This document shows positions 1 through 9,584 of a stretch of 64,000 bases of DNA, one piece after another (the first letter of the stretch is position 1; each line of letters begins with the position of its first letter). The notes under the pieces were generated by a model that made no database searches, had not been told where the DNA came from, and saw only the letters and a list, made by a program, of their open reading frames with translations. Both the position numbers and the translations under genes were made by a program. Source of the DNA: Cyanobacteria bacterium P01_D01_bin.156 (lineage in GTDB: Bacteria > Cyanobacteriota > Cyanobacteriia > Phormidesmidales > Phormidesmidaceae); the NCBI GenBank assembly GCA_039024555.1, contig JBCCQQ010000034.1:1-64000 (forward strand), in the 5' to 3' direction.

Positions 1-172
1 CTTCCGAGCTCCTGTGAGTTTCTGAGCTGCATCTCGAAGGGTCTCTTTTATGGAGGAGTCAAGCATTCGGGGGCCTCAAAACAAGCAGTTAGTCATACAT
101 GGTCTATCTCTTAAAATACGGGTAATCTATTTTTTGGCAAGTCCCTAACCACTCACTTCTAATTACGAAACT

Positions 173-204
173 ATTTTTAGCATGATTTTTATCATGCTAA
201 AAAT
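173..204. promoter_or_regulatory. Perfect 14-bp inverted repeat (candidate operator) upstream of the RHH gene
   Basis: ATTTTTAGCATGAT-tttt-ATCATGCTAAAAAT. Further CATGAT(A) copies at ~228-246 overlap a TATAAT-like hexamer. Confidence 0.6.
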
Positions 205-280
205 CAAGGCATCTGTCATCAAAACCTCATGATAAATAGCATGATATAATTTAGCGTATTAATCCTCAAGCCTTGCCTAT

Positions 281-463
281 TTGATGCCAAGGAAGCCACT
301 GCCACCAGAAAAGCGTAAGAGTAAGCCTGTTCAAGTCATGCTTACCCAGGAAGAACATTCGGCCTTTGATGCATGGTGTAGCCAGAATGGTGTCACCATG
401 AGTGATTTTATTCGCGAGGCTATCAATCAGCCAATTCAAGACGGGCGTAAACTTTTGGAGTAG
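281..463 (+). CDS. Small ribbon-helix-helix (CopG/MobC-like) DNA-binding protein
   Basis: Basic N-terminus, beta-strand VQVMLT, then helices EEHSAFDAWC / TMSDFIREAI. Confidence 0.7.
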   Translation: MMPRKPLPPEKRKSKPVQVMLTQEEHSAFDAWCSQNGVTMSDFIREAINQPIQDGRKLLE

Positions 464-468
464 ACTTC

Positions 469-978
469 ATGCAGCCCCAACGATACATTCTAGAAAACAA
501 GGTGCCTGTTCCCTGTCAGGATGCTGCTACTTGGCGAGAGTTTATGAGACATGAGAAGAATGTTCTTATAGCCCAAGATGTTATTGGTCAGTTCCGAGTA
601 ATGACGGTATTTCTCGGTTTCAATCACGGCGATTCCGAGAAACCTATGTTTTTCCAAACTACTTGCTTTGGTACCAATAGCTCAAGGCCAAAATACTCGG
701 GAACGTGGCAACGTGCTTGTTTAGAACATCGTGGGAAAATTGCTTGCGCTCAGGGATTAACTAAGTTTGCTGCCGAGAAAGCCGCTGGCATTGACCGCTC
801 CTTTAAAGCTATTGATTGCGCCCTTGATCCCGAAGCCGGTGAAATTCAGTTCATCTTAGAGTCTGAAGCTGAAGCTATTCGCAGTATGCCGACCAATCGC
901 AGACACTGGGAACGACGTGGTCGCATGATCGTATTCCTCGTTTATCCTAGACAATCACTTCGCTTGCATAATCCATGA
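469..978 (+). CDS. Hypothetical protein, paralogue 1 of 3
   Basis: 169-aa ORF sharing YILEN.VP, TVFLGFNHGD, FFQTTCF and WERRGRMIVFL with the next ORF. Confidence 0.8.
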   Translation: MQPQRYILENKVPVPCQDAATWREFMRHEKNVLIAQDVIGQFRVMTVFLGFNHGDSEKPMFFQTTCFGTNSSRPKYSGTWQRACLEHRGKIACAQGLTKFAAEKAAGIDRSFKAIDCALDPEAGEIQFILESEAEAIRSMPTNRRHWERRGRMIVFLVYPRQSLRLHNP

Positions 979-1000
979 CGCATCGGGTTGTAATGTAGGT

Positions 1001-1498
1001 ATGCGCCAACTGTCAGAGGGTTTCCAAGACTCACAGCACTACATTTTAGAAAATCAGGTGCCTGTTATTTGTGATGACGAAGCCATCTGGCGAGCATTTA
1101 TGCGTAATGGAGAGAACCTGATAGTCGCTAAAGATTCAGTGGGTAGGTATACAGTGATAACCGTGTTCTTGGGATTTAATCACGGTGATATAGAAACACC
1201 TAAATTTTTTCAAACCACCTGTTTTGATGCAAGCAGCGAGACTCGATCAAAATATTCAGCGACCTGGGAACGTGCCTGTTTACGTCACCGTGGTACGGTA
1301 GCCTGTGCTGAATCCTTGACAAAGTTTGCGGCAGATCAGGCAGCGGGTGTTGACAAGTCGTTTGATTTTATCGACTGCAAGGTTGTTCCTGGTGAGCTAC
1401 AGTTCATTCTTAAGTCTGAAACTGAAGCAATTGAATTTATGCCAACAAATAGAAAAAATTGGGAACGTCGTGGACGGATGATCGTATTCTTACTTTAG
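1001..1498 (+). CDS. Hypothetical protein, paralogue 2 of 3
   Basis: 165-aa ORF, colinear with 469..978 over its whole length. Confidence 0.8.
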   Translation: MRQLSEGFQDSQHYILENQVPVICDDEAIWRAFMRNGENLIVAKDSVGRYTVITVFLGFNHGDIETPKFFQTTCFDASSETRSKYSATWERACLRHRGTVACAESLTKFAADQAAGVDKSFDFIDCKVVPGELQFILKSETEAIEFMPTNRKNWERRGRMIVFLL

Positions 1499-1529
1499 TT
1501 GTTATCTCTCCAGCTGGATTCAACTGATT

Positions 1530-1688
1530 ATGGCTGCATTGTCAGACAAGCCCAAAGATTTACAGCGATATATCTTGCAAGCTCAGCAGCCTGTCATCTG
1601 TAATGCCGATGCTTTAAAAGCAATGCCTCAAGACAAAAAACACTGGAAGCGTCGTGGACGGATGCTCGTGTTTTGCTTTGATGTTTAA
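1530..1688 (+). CDS. 52-aa internally deleted third paralogue (mini-protein or pseudogene; below the ORF-track cutoff)
   Basis: Manual translation MAALSDKPKDLQRYILQAQQPVICNADALKAMPQDKKHWKRRGRMLVFCFDV*. It joins the N-terminal (QRYIL..PVIC) and C-terminal (MP...HW.RRGRM.VF) motifs of the paralogues. Confidence 0.65.
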   Translation: MAALSDKPKDLQRYILQAQQPVICNADALKAMPQDKKHWKRRGRMLVFCFDV

Positions 1689-1704
1689 TCCAGTCAGGTA
1701 CTCT

Positions 1705-2694
1705 ATGCTGAATATGCGTTCTCCACCGGACCCAGTTCTGAACAATGCATGGCATGTGGTAGCCCTAGCAAAAAGTTTAGACACCAAGAACCCTTTGCAG
1801 GTTAATTTGTTGGGCGAGGCAATTGTACTTTGGCGAGATGGAACCCGGATTATTGCCTGTCAGGATCGCTGTCCCCATCGGGGGGTGTCGCTCTCCATGG
1901 GGGAGGTGAGTGAAAACCATACTCTCGTGTGTCCATATCACGCCATGGAGTTTGACTTACAGGGTCACTGTACAAAGGTTCCGGCTGATTTAAAAATGAC
2001 GACATTTCCCCAAGGGGCAAACCTTAAAACCTATGCCGTTCAGGAAAAATATGGTTTAGTTTGGGTGGCGTTGGGAGAGCCTGCCCAAGACATTCCAACG
2101 TTTTTGGATTGGGAACAACCTGATACCATAGCCTTTCAGTGTGGTCCCTATGCCATTAATAGCAGTGCACCACGGGTGATTGAAAACTTTGTGGATGTTG
2201 CCCACTTGCCATTCATCCACAAAGGACTGTTAGGAGATCCCAATTTTCCCGAGGTTTCAGACTACAGTTTGGTGGTGAAGAAGGATGAAATTATTGCCAG
2301 CGATATTCATTTTTATCAGCCCAACCCTGAGGGCACGGGTAAGGCTAAGTCTGTCACCTATACTTACAAGGTTGTGCGCCCCATGGTTGCTTGGTTTAGA
2401 AAAGGGGATGACAGTCAGTGGCTTTCCATCTTTATGGCAGTAACCCCCGTTGAAGAAACCCGTAGTATTGTCTGGGTCGGTGTTGCCCGAAATTATTCGC
2501 CGGATGTGTCAAATGACCAACTGCGAGCCTTTCAGGACGAGGTTATGGCTCAAGATATACCGATGGTAGAGTCCCAGCGACCGCAGCGACTACCACTTGA
2601 TTTGCAACAGGAGTTTCACTTTCCCTGCGATAAGATGTCGATTGCCTATCGAAAGTGGCTAAAGAAGCTTGGGCTTCAATTTGGAACCTGTTGA
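1705..2694 (+). CDS. Rieske non-heme iron oxygenase alpha subunit (VanA/N-demethylase-like)
   Basis: Rieske CPHRG...CPYH and mononuclear Fe motif ENFVDVAHLPFIH. Start moved from GTG 1654 to ATG 1705 (1714 also possible) because 1654 lies inside the mini-paralogue. Confidence 0.9.
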   Translation: MLNMRSPPDPVLNNAWHVVALAKSLDTKNPLQVNLLGEAIVLWRDGTRIIACQDRCPHRGVSLSMGEVSENHTLVCPYHAMEFDLQGHCTKVPADLKMTTFPQGANLKTYAVQEKYGLVWVALGEPAQDIPTFLDWEQPDTIAFQCGPYAINSSAPRVIENFVDVAHLPFIHKGLLGDPNFPEVSDYSLVVKKDEIIASDIHFYQPNPEGTGKAKSVTYTYKVVRPMVAWFRKGDDSQWLSIFMAVTPVEETRSIVWVGVARNYSPDVSNDQLRAFQDEVMAQDIPMVESQRPQRLPLDLQQEFHFPCDKMSIAYRKWLKKLGLQFGTC

Positions 2695-2790
2695 TTCGGT
2701 GAGTGGGTATATCGGCTGTTAGAGATAATCATAAACAAATGCCTGGGTTATATTGTTGTCAAAACTAATTAGCGCAAGAGATTTTTCCTT

Positions 2791-3213
2791 ATGACTGAAA
2801 CCGAAAGAATTGTACGCATCTTCCATGAATCCTGGGATATGCGCGATCCCGATCGCGGTGCAGCTGTCATTGCTGATGATTGTCAATTTGAAGATATTGC
2901 GCGGGGTGAATTACAAATTGGACCAGACGCTTATAAGCACGATTATTATCGATGGCGAGAAGCTTTCCCAGATGGTGAATGCAAGATAGTCAATATAATC
3001 GTCCAGGGCAATTGGGCTGTGGTTGAGTATGTTAACCGTGGCACCCATACTGGTATCCTACGGTCCAGCCTTGGCACCTTTGAACCAACAGGGCGCAGTG
3101 TTGAGGTTCGTTATTGCAGTGTAATGCGTGTTGAAAATGGCAAAGTTGTTGAAGGTCGGGATTTTTATGATTCTGCAACCATAGCCAGACAGCTAGGTGT
3201 TCTGGATACATGA
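2791..3213 (+). CDS. SnoaL-like/NTF2 ester cyclase family protein
   Basis: AFPD...GTHTG...PTGRSV...GKVVEGRDFYD pattern. Confidence 0.85.
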   Translation: MTETERIVRIFHESWDMRDPDRGAAVIADDCQFEDIARGELQIGPDAYKHDYYRWREAFPDGECKIVNIIVQGNWAVVEYVNRGTHTGILRSSLGTFEPTGRSVEVRYCSVMRVENGKVVEGRDFYDSATIARQLGVLDT

Positions 3214-3257
3214 GTAGTAGCGCGGCTCTCTGCCCTGGCATTAACCTTGTAACCGCA

Positions 3258-4313
3258 TTAAGGCTCGCGAGATATTCGACTAATCACCGCAATAGGGCCA
3301 CCTCCTGCTGGTCCCTGGTGCTCACTGCCACCTGAGATGTAAACCATCGGGTCCTGTACTGCTGCGGCCACAACCGAACCAACAACGGCTCGGGCCATAC
3401 GGGTATGGTTAATATCAGAATCATCCAACATGGTATGACGATGACCCAAAATCTCCCCAGAGGGTGAGGCTTCCGCCTTGGCCAGCACAGTTACAATTGA
3501 GTCACCCTGGGCACTTTCTACGGCTCGGGTCACTGCATCAATATCTAGGGCATGCTCCATGACACTATGGCCAATGCGATAGTGACTATGGGACTGAGGA
3601 GAGTTACCCAGCACCAAAATCTCACAGTTCTTGAGTTCTACCCCTGCCGATGTAGACGCCACGGATGAATAAAGACCATAGTTGGTGCAAATATCTGCTG
3701 CAGTGAGTTGCTCGGGTTGAATTTCTCCCAATGCTAAAGCCACTCCCAAGGCAGATGCCCCACGGGAGTAGGCCATGGATTTATAGCTGTCTTGGGTGAT
3801 GGTTTGACTGCTTTGGGAATTTCGGGCTGCGGTTAGAAGAGGGCATTTGATTTGAACAAAGTGAACATCCTCGGGGGAGATTTGGGCGGTTTTAAGCGCA
3901 GTCTTTACCCCTTCTGCTACCACATTTACCATGGCTAATGTGCCAATCTCCTCTACCGAGAAATCTCGCGTATGAAACACTCCCAATGCTAGTCCTAAAT
4001 GGGTCGGTCCCTCAAGATTTTCTACCTGGCGGGTAAACACGGTCATATGGGGACTCAGTACCCCTTCTGTTCCTCCAGACATGACATAGACAATTTGGTT
4101 GGCTAACGTCTGGCCGATTAGTGGGGTGAAGTATCCCTTTAACGTTGCCACTGCAAACCCTCGGGTAAAATCATTCACACAGCCATTACCTTCGGTTTTA
4201 CCCATAATGGCTACAATATTTTTAGGGTCAAGCTGTTGCTGCTTTACCAGAGAGATTAACCTTGTCAGATCGTCGGGGCTGCTTTGTGGGATTTTGAAAA
4301 CGTCGACTTTCAT
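3258..4313 (-). CDS. atzD: Cyanuric acid amidohydrolase (AtzD/TrzD, ring-opening amidohydrolase family)
   Basis: [36 protein letters not shown] and [14 protein letters not shown]. The Arg-containing [12 protein letters not shown] and RMARAVVG segments look like cyanuric-acid hydrolase rather than barbiturase. Confidence 0.88.
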   Translation of the reverse strand: MKVDVFKIPQSSPDDLTRLISLVKQQQLDPKNIVAIMGKTEGNGCVNDFTRGFAVATLKGYFTPLIGQTLANQIVYVMSGGTEGVLSPHMTVFTRQVENLEGPTHLGLALGVFHTRDFSVEEIGTLAMVNVVAEGVKTALKTAQISPEDVHFVQIKCPLLTAARNSQSSQTITQDSYKSMAYSRGASALGVALALGEIQPEQLTAADICTNYGLYSSVASTSAGVELKNCEILVLGNSPQSHSHYRIGHSVMEHALDIDAVTRAVESAQGDSIVTVLAKAEASPSGEILGHRHTMLDDSDINHTRMARAVVGSVVAAAVQDPMVYISGGSEHQGPAGGGPIAVISRISREP

Positions 4314-4454
4314 AGCACCTAAAAGACTAGAACATTTTTTGCTTGGTATGGGGCGTTTAATTCTGTCAAACCTATTTTTGATAGGTTGTTGTACTAACAG
4401 TTCTAGATTGGATGCTCCTGTACATCACGACTGGAGAAGAACACGCTTCATCGT

Positions 4455-5717
4455 TTACATTGCCAGCTTTAACAATACCTGCAATAACACATTGGCACCA
4501 TTTTCCAAATCTTCAGGTGCTGTGTATTCTTTCACATTGTGACTAATGCCGTTAACGCTAGGAACAAAAATCATGGCAGTGGGAGCCATAGGGGCAATTA
4601 ATCCGGCGTCATGACCTGCGCCACTGGGCATGGGTTTAACCGATAGTCCCAATTCCTGGGCTGTTTTTGTAACTAATTCAATCATGTCAGGGGCAAATAC
4701 AACCGGCTCAAAGCGCGCTAGGGAACGGCTGGTAATCTCTAAACCTTCTGCCTTTGCAATGGCGTCAATGTTAGCACTCATGAGAGCTTCGGCCTGTTGT
4801 AGACAAGTTTCGTCGGTGTTGCGCAAATCCACCGTGAGGCGGGCTTCTTTAGCAATGACATTCACCAGACCGGGGGTGAGTTGAATGGAACCGACAGTCG
4901 CCACCTGGTTGCCGCCCATATCCAAGGCAAGTTGGCGAGCAGTAGTTGCGATCGCACTGGCTCCATACCCTGCATCCTGGCGTAAATGCATCGGTGTAGT
5001 CCCCGCATGGTTCGACACTCCTTTGATGGTGTATTCTTTCCACGACATGCCCTGTACGCCGGTCACCGCACCAATTTGAAATCCTTCCAGTTCTAGTACC
5101 GGCCCCTGCTCAATGTGCAATTCGACAAAGGCTTTGACCGGCTGACTGCCACAGGGAACCGTGCCAGCATAGCCAATGCGCTCCAGATTCTCCCCTACGG
5201 TGCTACCATCAATGCCCACTGAAGCTAGAGCTTCTTCTACTGGAAAGTCACCACTAAAGACCCAGCTACCCATCATATCGGGGTGAAATCGAGCCCCTTC
5301 TTCGTTGGTAAAAAAAGCAACAGCTAGGGGATAACGGGTTTGAATATTGTTGTCATTTAGGGTGGCGATAATTTCTAGCCCTGCCAACACTCCTAAATTG
5401 CCATCATACCGGCCTCCAGTGGCGACAGTGTCAATGTGAGAGCCCGTCATCACCGGAGGGCCAGATTCTTGACCTGGGCGGGTGGCAACAACATTTCCAA
5501 GCTGGTCAATGGTAATGGTTAAACCCAGTTCTCTCATCCAGCTGACTACTAGGTCTCGACCGGCTTTATCTTCGTCGGTTAGGGCTAGACGACAGACTCC
5601 ACTGCCTGCGATCGCACCAATTTGGGCCAGCTGATCTAACCGTTGAAGCAGGCGTTTGTGGTTAACGCGCAACTTAGCAAGAGAGCACAGACTAGGAAAA
5701 GAGAGCTGAGAAACCAT
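4455..5717 (-). CDS. M20 Zn-dependent amidohydrolase (allantoate amidohydrolase / N-carbamoyl-amino-acid hydrolase), copy 1
   Basis: GSHIDTV, GRYDG, NEEG, ELHIEQG, NHAGTTPM, SGAGHDA, SHN.KE. ATG 5717 preferred over TTG 5756. Confidence 0.92.
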   Translation of the reverse strand: MVSQLSFPSLCSLAKLRVNHKRLLQRLDQLAQIGAIAGSGVCRLALTDEDKAGRDLVVSWMRELGLTITIDQLGNVVATRPGQESGPPVMTGSHIDTVATGGRYDGNLGVLAGLEIIATLNDNNIQTRYPLAVAFFTNEEGARFHPDMMGSWVFSGDFPVEEALASVGIDGSTVGENLERIGYAGTVPCGSQPVKAFVELHIEQGPVLELEGFQIGAVTGVQGMSWKEYTIKGVSNHAGTTPMHLRQDAGYGASAIATTARQLALDMGGNQVATVGSIQLTPGLVNVIAKEARLTVDLRNTDETCLQQAEALMSANIDAIAKAEGLEITSRSLARFEPVVFAPDMIELVTKTAQELGLSVKPMPSGAGHDAGLIAPMAPTAMIFVPSVNGISHNVKEYTAPEDLENGANVLLQVLLKLAM

Positions 5718-5875
5718 TGCAGATATCGATCCTGAAAGATAAACAGCATGAGTCAAGCTGCCTAAATCTTATCGAAGGATTATGGTCATTTAACGTCAAA
5801 GCAGTCTTAGGTGCTCTGGTTTCGTAACAATTGAAATATAAAAACAGCCTTTAATAACGTGAAGTGTGACTGGGA

Positions 5876-6134
5876 ATATAACTGCTATATCTACCCAGAT
5901 ATGAGCTATTGCATGGGACTGCCTCCCAGCTGGTGGTGTCAGAAGAATGCTTTATCCATTGGATTTAAGCGGTAGCTATACTGATTTTTGCTATATAGCT
6001 ACCCGATATGGGGGTGCTATATGGACAACTCGCAGTATAGTACGCTGATTTGGGTGGATGAACTGTAAGTTTGCAGTATAGTATGCCGATAAGGGGAGAT
6101 AGACTGAAAAAGTCGATCTAATAAGTAGTTATGC
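5876..6134 (+). repeat. Long degenerate attC-like element at the left boundary of the cassette array
   Basis: ATATAACTGCTATAT ... AATAAGTAGTTATGC imperfect terminal inverted repeat, with internal direct repeats GCAGTATAGTA.GC.GAT x2 and TGCTATAT..CTACCC.GATATG x2. GTTATGC (6128-6134) is the exact reverse complement of the next site's GCATAAC. Confidence 0.45.
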
Positions 6135-6295
6135 TCCTCAATACTTATCCCCTTTGGGTTGTTTTTTTAACTTGAATAACACTGGAAATCCGCAACATTT
6201 CTATTTGACAGCAGGAGCGCTCTTTGACGAAGCATGCAAGAAATTAATTAGTCCTAAATACGGGGTATAAATAAGGTGATGCATTGAATACATAA

Positions 6296-6724
6296 ATGCC
6301 CATTCCTCAAATCGTAATTGACACAAATGTAATTGTCGCTGGATTACGATCTAGAAATGGAGCAGCCTTCAAACTATTAGGGCTCGTGGGCTCAGAAAGC
6401 TTTAATATCCATCTTTCTGTCCCATTAGTCTTGGAATATGAAGAGGTATTGCTACGGCAACTCCCGAACCTAACCATAAATGCTTCAGATATTCAGGATT
6501 TCATTGATTTCCATTGCACTATTGCAGCCCATCATCAAATTTTCTTTCTTTGGCGTCCTTATCTGCGTGATCCAAAGGACGATATGGTCCTGGAGCTGGC
6601 AGTTAAAGCTGAGTGTGATAGCGTAGTGACATATAACACTCGTGATTTTGCTGGCATTGAGCAGTTTGGAATAAGTGCCATTACACCAGCAGAATTTTTA
6701 GATTCGATTGGAGCGTTCTTATGA
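6296..6724 (+). CDS. PIN-domain (VapC-like) toxin
   Basis: IVIDTNV, EYEEVL, LRDPKDDMVLELA, VTYNTRDF. ATGA overlap with the antitoxin. Confidence 0.9.
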   Translation: MPIPQIVIDTNVIVAGLRSRNGAAFKLLGLVGSESFNIHLSVPLVLEYEEVLLRQLPNLTINASDIQDFIDFHCTIAAHHQIFFLWRPYLRDPKDDMVLELAVKAECDSVVTYNTRDFAGIEQFGISAITPAEFLDSIGAFL

Positions 6725-7506
6725 GTCCTCTGAACATTCAGCTACCTGACTCTTTATATAAGAGCTTGCAAAAGCTTGCTCAGCAAGATGGTGTTTCATT
6801 AGACCAGTTTGTTGTACTGGCAATAGCTGAAAAAATCTCTGCATTGATTACTGAGGGGTATTTAACGGAACGAGCTAACCGGGGTAACCGATCAAAATAC
6901 GAAGATATTTTAGCTAAGGTTCCTGATATTGAGCCAGACTCATACGATCAATTACCGCCAGTAAACATGGAATATCCTCAAGGAAATGACAGCAAATTTA
7001 TTGTGGAAAAGTCTGAGATATCTTTCAGAACTTTGCTCGCAAAGCCATATATTTCTGAAGGGCTTCGTAAAGAGTTATTAAAGTCAGATATTTTACTCTT
7101 ACCTCAAGAAAATTTTCGTGAGGGAGTTGAGACTGTTTTTCCAACTGGAACAGATGAAATCTTTAGCTACATTAGAGAAAATACACCAGAAGAGATTTGC
7201 ACCGATATTCTTATTGAAGATGAGGACTACAAAGAAATTGCCCTTTTTAGTGATCTTATTGTCATGTTGGGTAGTTTTATGGTGACGTCTATAGCAGCTC
7301 CACTTCTCGTTAATTTGCTGTCAGACTATTTAAACAAGAAAAGACTTCCAGAAAAAGCAGCTGATCAAATAAAAATAGAAATCTTAATTGCAAATGATAA
7401 AGAAACTAAGCGACTATCGTATGAGGGCTCTGTGTCAAATTTCCGTAAAACTGTATACCCTGTAGCTGAGTCACTCAGTTTAGAGTCTAACGAATTGGAA
7501 AATTAA
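6721..7506 (+). CDS. RHH/HicB-like antitoxin (first ~80 aa) fused in frame to an unknown ~179-aa single-TM domain
   Basis: N-terminus LNIQLPDSLYKSLQKLAQQDGVSLDQF...AEKISAL...KVPDIEPDSYDQL is antitoxin-like. Internal ATG at 6967 (MEYPQG) begins an unrelated domain with hydrophobic LIVMLGSFMVTSIAAPLLVNLL. Confidence 0.75.
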   Translation: MSPLNIQLPDSLYKSLQKLAQQDGVSLDQFVVLAIAEKISALITEGYLTERANRGNRSKYEDILAKVPDIEPDSYDQLPPVNMEYPQGNDSKFIVEKSEISFRTLLAKPYISEGLRKELLKSDILLLPQENFREGVETVFPTGTDEIFSYIRENTPEEICTDILIEDEDYKEIALFSDLIVMLGSFMVTSIAAPLLVNLLSDYLNKKRLPEKAADQIKIEILIANDKETKRLSYEGSVSNFRKTVYPVAESLSLESNELEN

Positions 7507-7512
7507 TCCCAA

Positions 7513-8502
7513 ATGCAAACAGCCGAGATTAAAAAATTAGTAGAAATTAGAAATGATATAAGAGATCTCTTGCCAAGTTTTGATGAGAAGGTGCTAAATG
7601 AAAGATTAGCTATCTTGGCAAATCTAAAAAAATATTTTATTTCTCAAGATATTCAAGAAGCTTCAAAAGAAATTTGGTGCCTTGAGAAGATTATTGCTAT
7701 TCAGAAAATGTATGTTTTTGCGTTCAATCAATTGAAATTGGAGAAATATTATGAAGCTTGGTGTTGCTTTGAAAATATAGAGATCGCTTTGAGTCAGCTT
7801 TTTAGACATTTGGATGAAAAGGACGATTTTTTTCCTTTAGTTTCTTTTATTAAGCAACATAGTTTCCGATATCAATCTTTATTTCCATATAAAACTTTTA
7901 TAAGCCCGGAGTTTACGGTAAAATCCAGAACTTGTAGTGTTTGCAACAAAAACAGTTCAATTCGTCATCCTTGTGAACACAAAAACGGGGAAATTTATGA
8001 CGGGGAGATGTGTTACCAAATATGGAGTGGAATTGAGTATGTTTTACTTGCTTTAGTCAACTCTCCCGTGCAGAAGTTTTGTGTGACTTTTTTAACCGAT
8101 TCTGAAACTGAGGAAAAAATCGATCAATACAATTATAGTATTCTCGAATATCTCATGTCTTGTTTACAATCACCTTTTCACTCTTGGGATGTTCATTGGA
8201 CGAAAATAAGGCATCCTCATTCTAACTATTCTCATCTTGACACTGATGATGATTGCCCCTGCGAGTCGGGTGAAAGCTACAGGAATTGTTGTCTGCAAAA
8301 ATCAGGAGTTCTCCGACCCCATTGTCAATTTAATTTATCGGTACCTCCTCCTGAATCTATAGCGGCAGTCAGATATCCAAAATCTACTTCTAAAAAAAAG
8401 GTTGAGGTATCAGGCCCTACAAAATTCCATACATCAATTGCCAAAATTTCAGAGTATTTAGTTCAAACTGCCAAAGGTGACTTTGTTAAAATTCAATTAT
8501 GA
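7513..8502 (+). CDS. SEC-C motif, Zn-binding hypothetical protein
   Basis: CPCESGESYRNCC (SEC-C) and CSVC..CEH..G..YDG..C cluster. Very AT-rich. Confidence 0.8.
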   Translation: MQTAEIKKLVEIRNDIRDLLPSFDEKVLNERLAILANLKKYFISQDIQEASKEIWCLEKIIAIQKMYVFAFNQLKLEKYYEAWCCFENIEIALSQLFRHLDEKDDFFPLVSFIKQHSFRYQSLFPYKTFISPEFTVKSRTCSVCNKNSSIRHPCEHKNGEIYDGEMCYQIWSGIEYVLLALVNSPVQKFCVTFLTDSETEEKIDQYNYSILEYLMSCLQSPFHSWDVHWTKIRHPHSNYSHLDTDDDCPCESGESYRNCCLQKSGVLRPHCQFNLSVPPPESIAAVRYPKSTSKKKVEVSGPTKFHTSIAKISEYLVQTAKGDFVKIQL

Positions 8503-8521
8503 ATTAAGTTGAATCGCAATA

Positions 8522-8607
8522 GCATAACAATTCAAATGCAGTGGACAGTTACAAACTTTTGATATGGGTTTACAGTTATCTGCTGCCACTGATTTGAGAC
8601 GTTAACT
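8522..8607 (+). mobile_element. Integron attC recombination site
   Basis: R'' GCATAAC (8522); arm TCAAAT[G]CAGTGG[A]CAG pairs with CTGCCACTGATTTGA leaving two extrahelical bases; R' GTTAACT (8601). 86 bp, starting 20 bp after a stop codon. Confidence 0.8.
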
Positions 8608-8734
8608 GGCATATACGTCCACTCGATATTTTCATAGCTTGATAAGCTTTTGAGCAAATACTAAGGGGAACGCTTTATCAGTTAATTTAATAAAGCTTAC
8701 GCCAAGCAGATCGTAAACAAAAGATTATATGCTG

Positions 8735-9205
8735 TTAGAGATAATTTCCTGTGATTGACATATTAACGATAAAGCCGATCCAAGCCGACAGCAAAAGTTC
8801 CCAGGCTAAGATTGTTCCTAAAAATAGACGAGTGCCTTTCGGTACGTAAATAGGGAGCAGTAAGCTTATGAAAAATTGCGTGCAAAATAAACAAACAACA
8901 CTGTTGTTTGTTATTGCTTGAACTGTTTGTGTGAAATATTGATGACTTTGCAAAGAGAAGTAAGCCGCATAACAGACAAACATACCAACTGGAAATCCTA
9001 AGCACCCAAGACTAACTTTTATAGATAATACAGGTCTTGGGTGCTTCTTCCACCATCTCCAACAGGCAAAGATTGTTAGACCGGCTAATGGAAATGTTAC
9101 AGGGGCAGCAAAAATTAGAAAACTTAGAATGCCAAAAGCAATTGCCGAAAATATAGCAATGACAGCTAGTGCAATGACAATCCATTTTTTAGAGAAGTTA
9201 AGCAT
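8735..9205 (-). CDS. Hypothetical multi-pass membrane protein (inverted cassette gene)
   Basis: 156 aa with about five hydrophobic segments. Its stop codon sits in CTCTAAC on the minus strand. Confidence 0.65.
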   Translation of the reverse strand: MLNFSKKWIVIALAVIAIFSAIAFGILSFLIFAAPVTFPLAGLTIFACWRWWKKHPRPVLSIKVSLGCLGFPVGMFVCYAAYFSLQSHQYFTQTVQAITNNSVVCLFCTQFFISLLLPIYVPKGTRLFLGTILAWELLLSAWIGFIVNMSITGNYL

Positions 9206-9494
9206 TGATTATGAAACTCAAGTCAAAAAACATTAAAATCAAATCTTATATGATGGATTTCTATGGGTTCTTAATAATGGAATATATACTATTAGTCTAA
9301 GGAGAAAAAGTCTTTGATTATTACACTTTTCATAACTGTCTACTTCGCTTGATGAAGATAATCACATCTGTTGTTCAATATCATTTCAGCCCGTAAAGCC
9401 ACCCGAAAGAAACGTGAATACTATGAAAACTCATGTACCTTAAAAAGTGGTTAGACGGAAATCGCCCGATGACAACAATCACAATGGCTGAGTC

Positions 9495-9578
9495 GCCTAA
9501 CAATCCTGTTGGAGTGGATTATTGGAAGATTACGGTGTAATAAGGTCTACTAATAACCGCTCAACAAAAACGTTATGA
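9495..9578 (+). mobile_element. Integron attC recombination site
   Basis: R'' GCCTAAC (9495); TGTTG[G]AGTGG[A]TTATTGG pairs with CTAATAACCGCTCAACA leaving two extrahelical bases; R' GTTATGA (9572). The next ATG is 13 nt after the R' G. Confidence 0.8.
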
Positions 9579-9584
9579 GCCCAC

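Noticed and set aside
1654..1704. GTG start of the Rieske gene at 1654
   Set aside because: It overlaps the 52-aa paralogue ORF in another frame; ATG 1705 or 1714 fits better.
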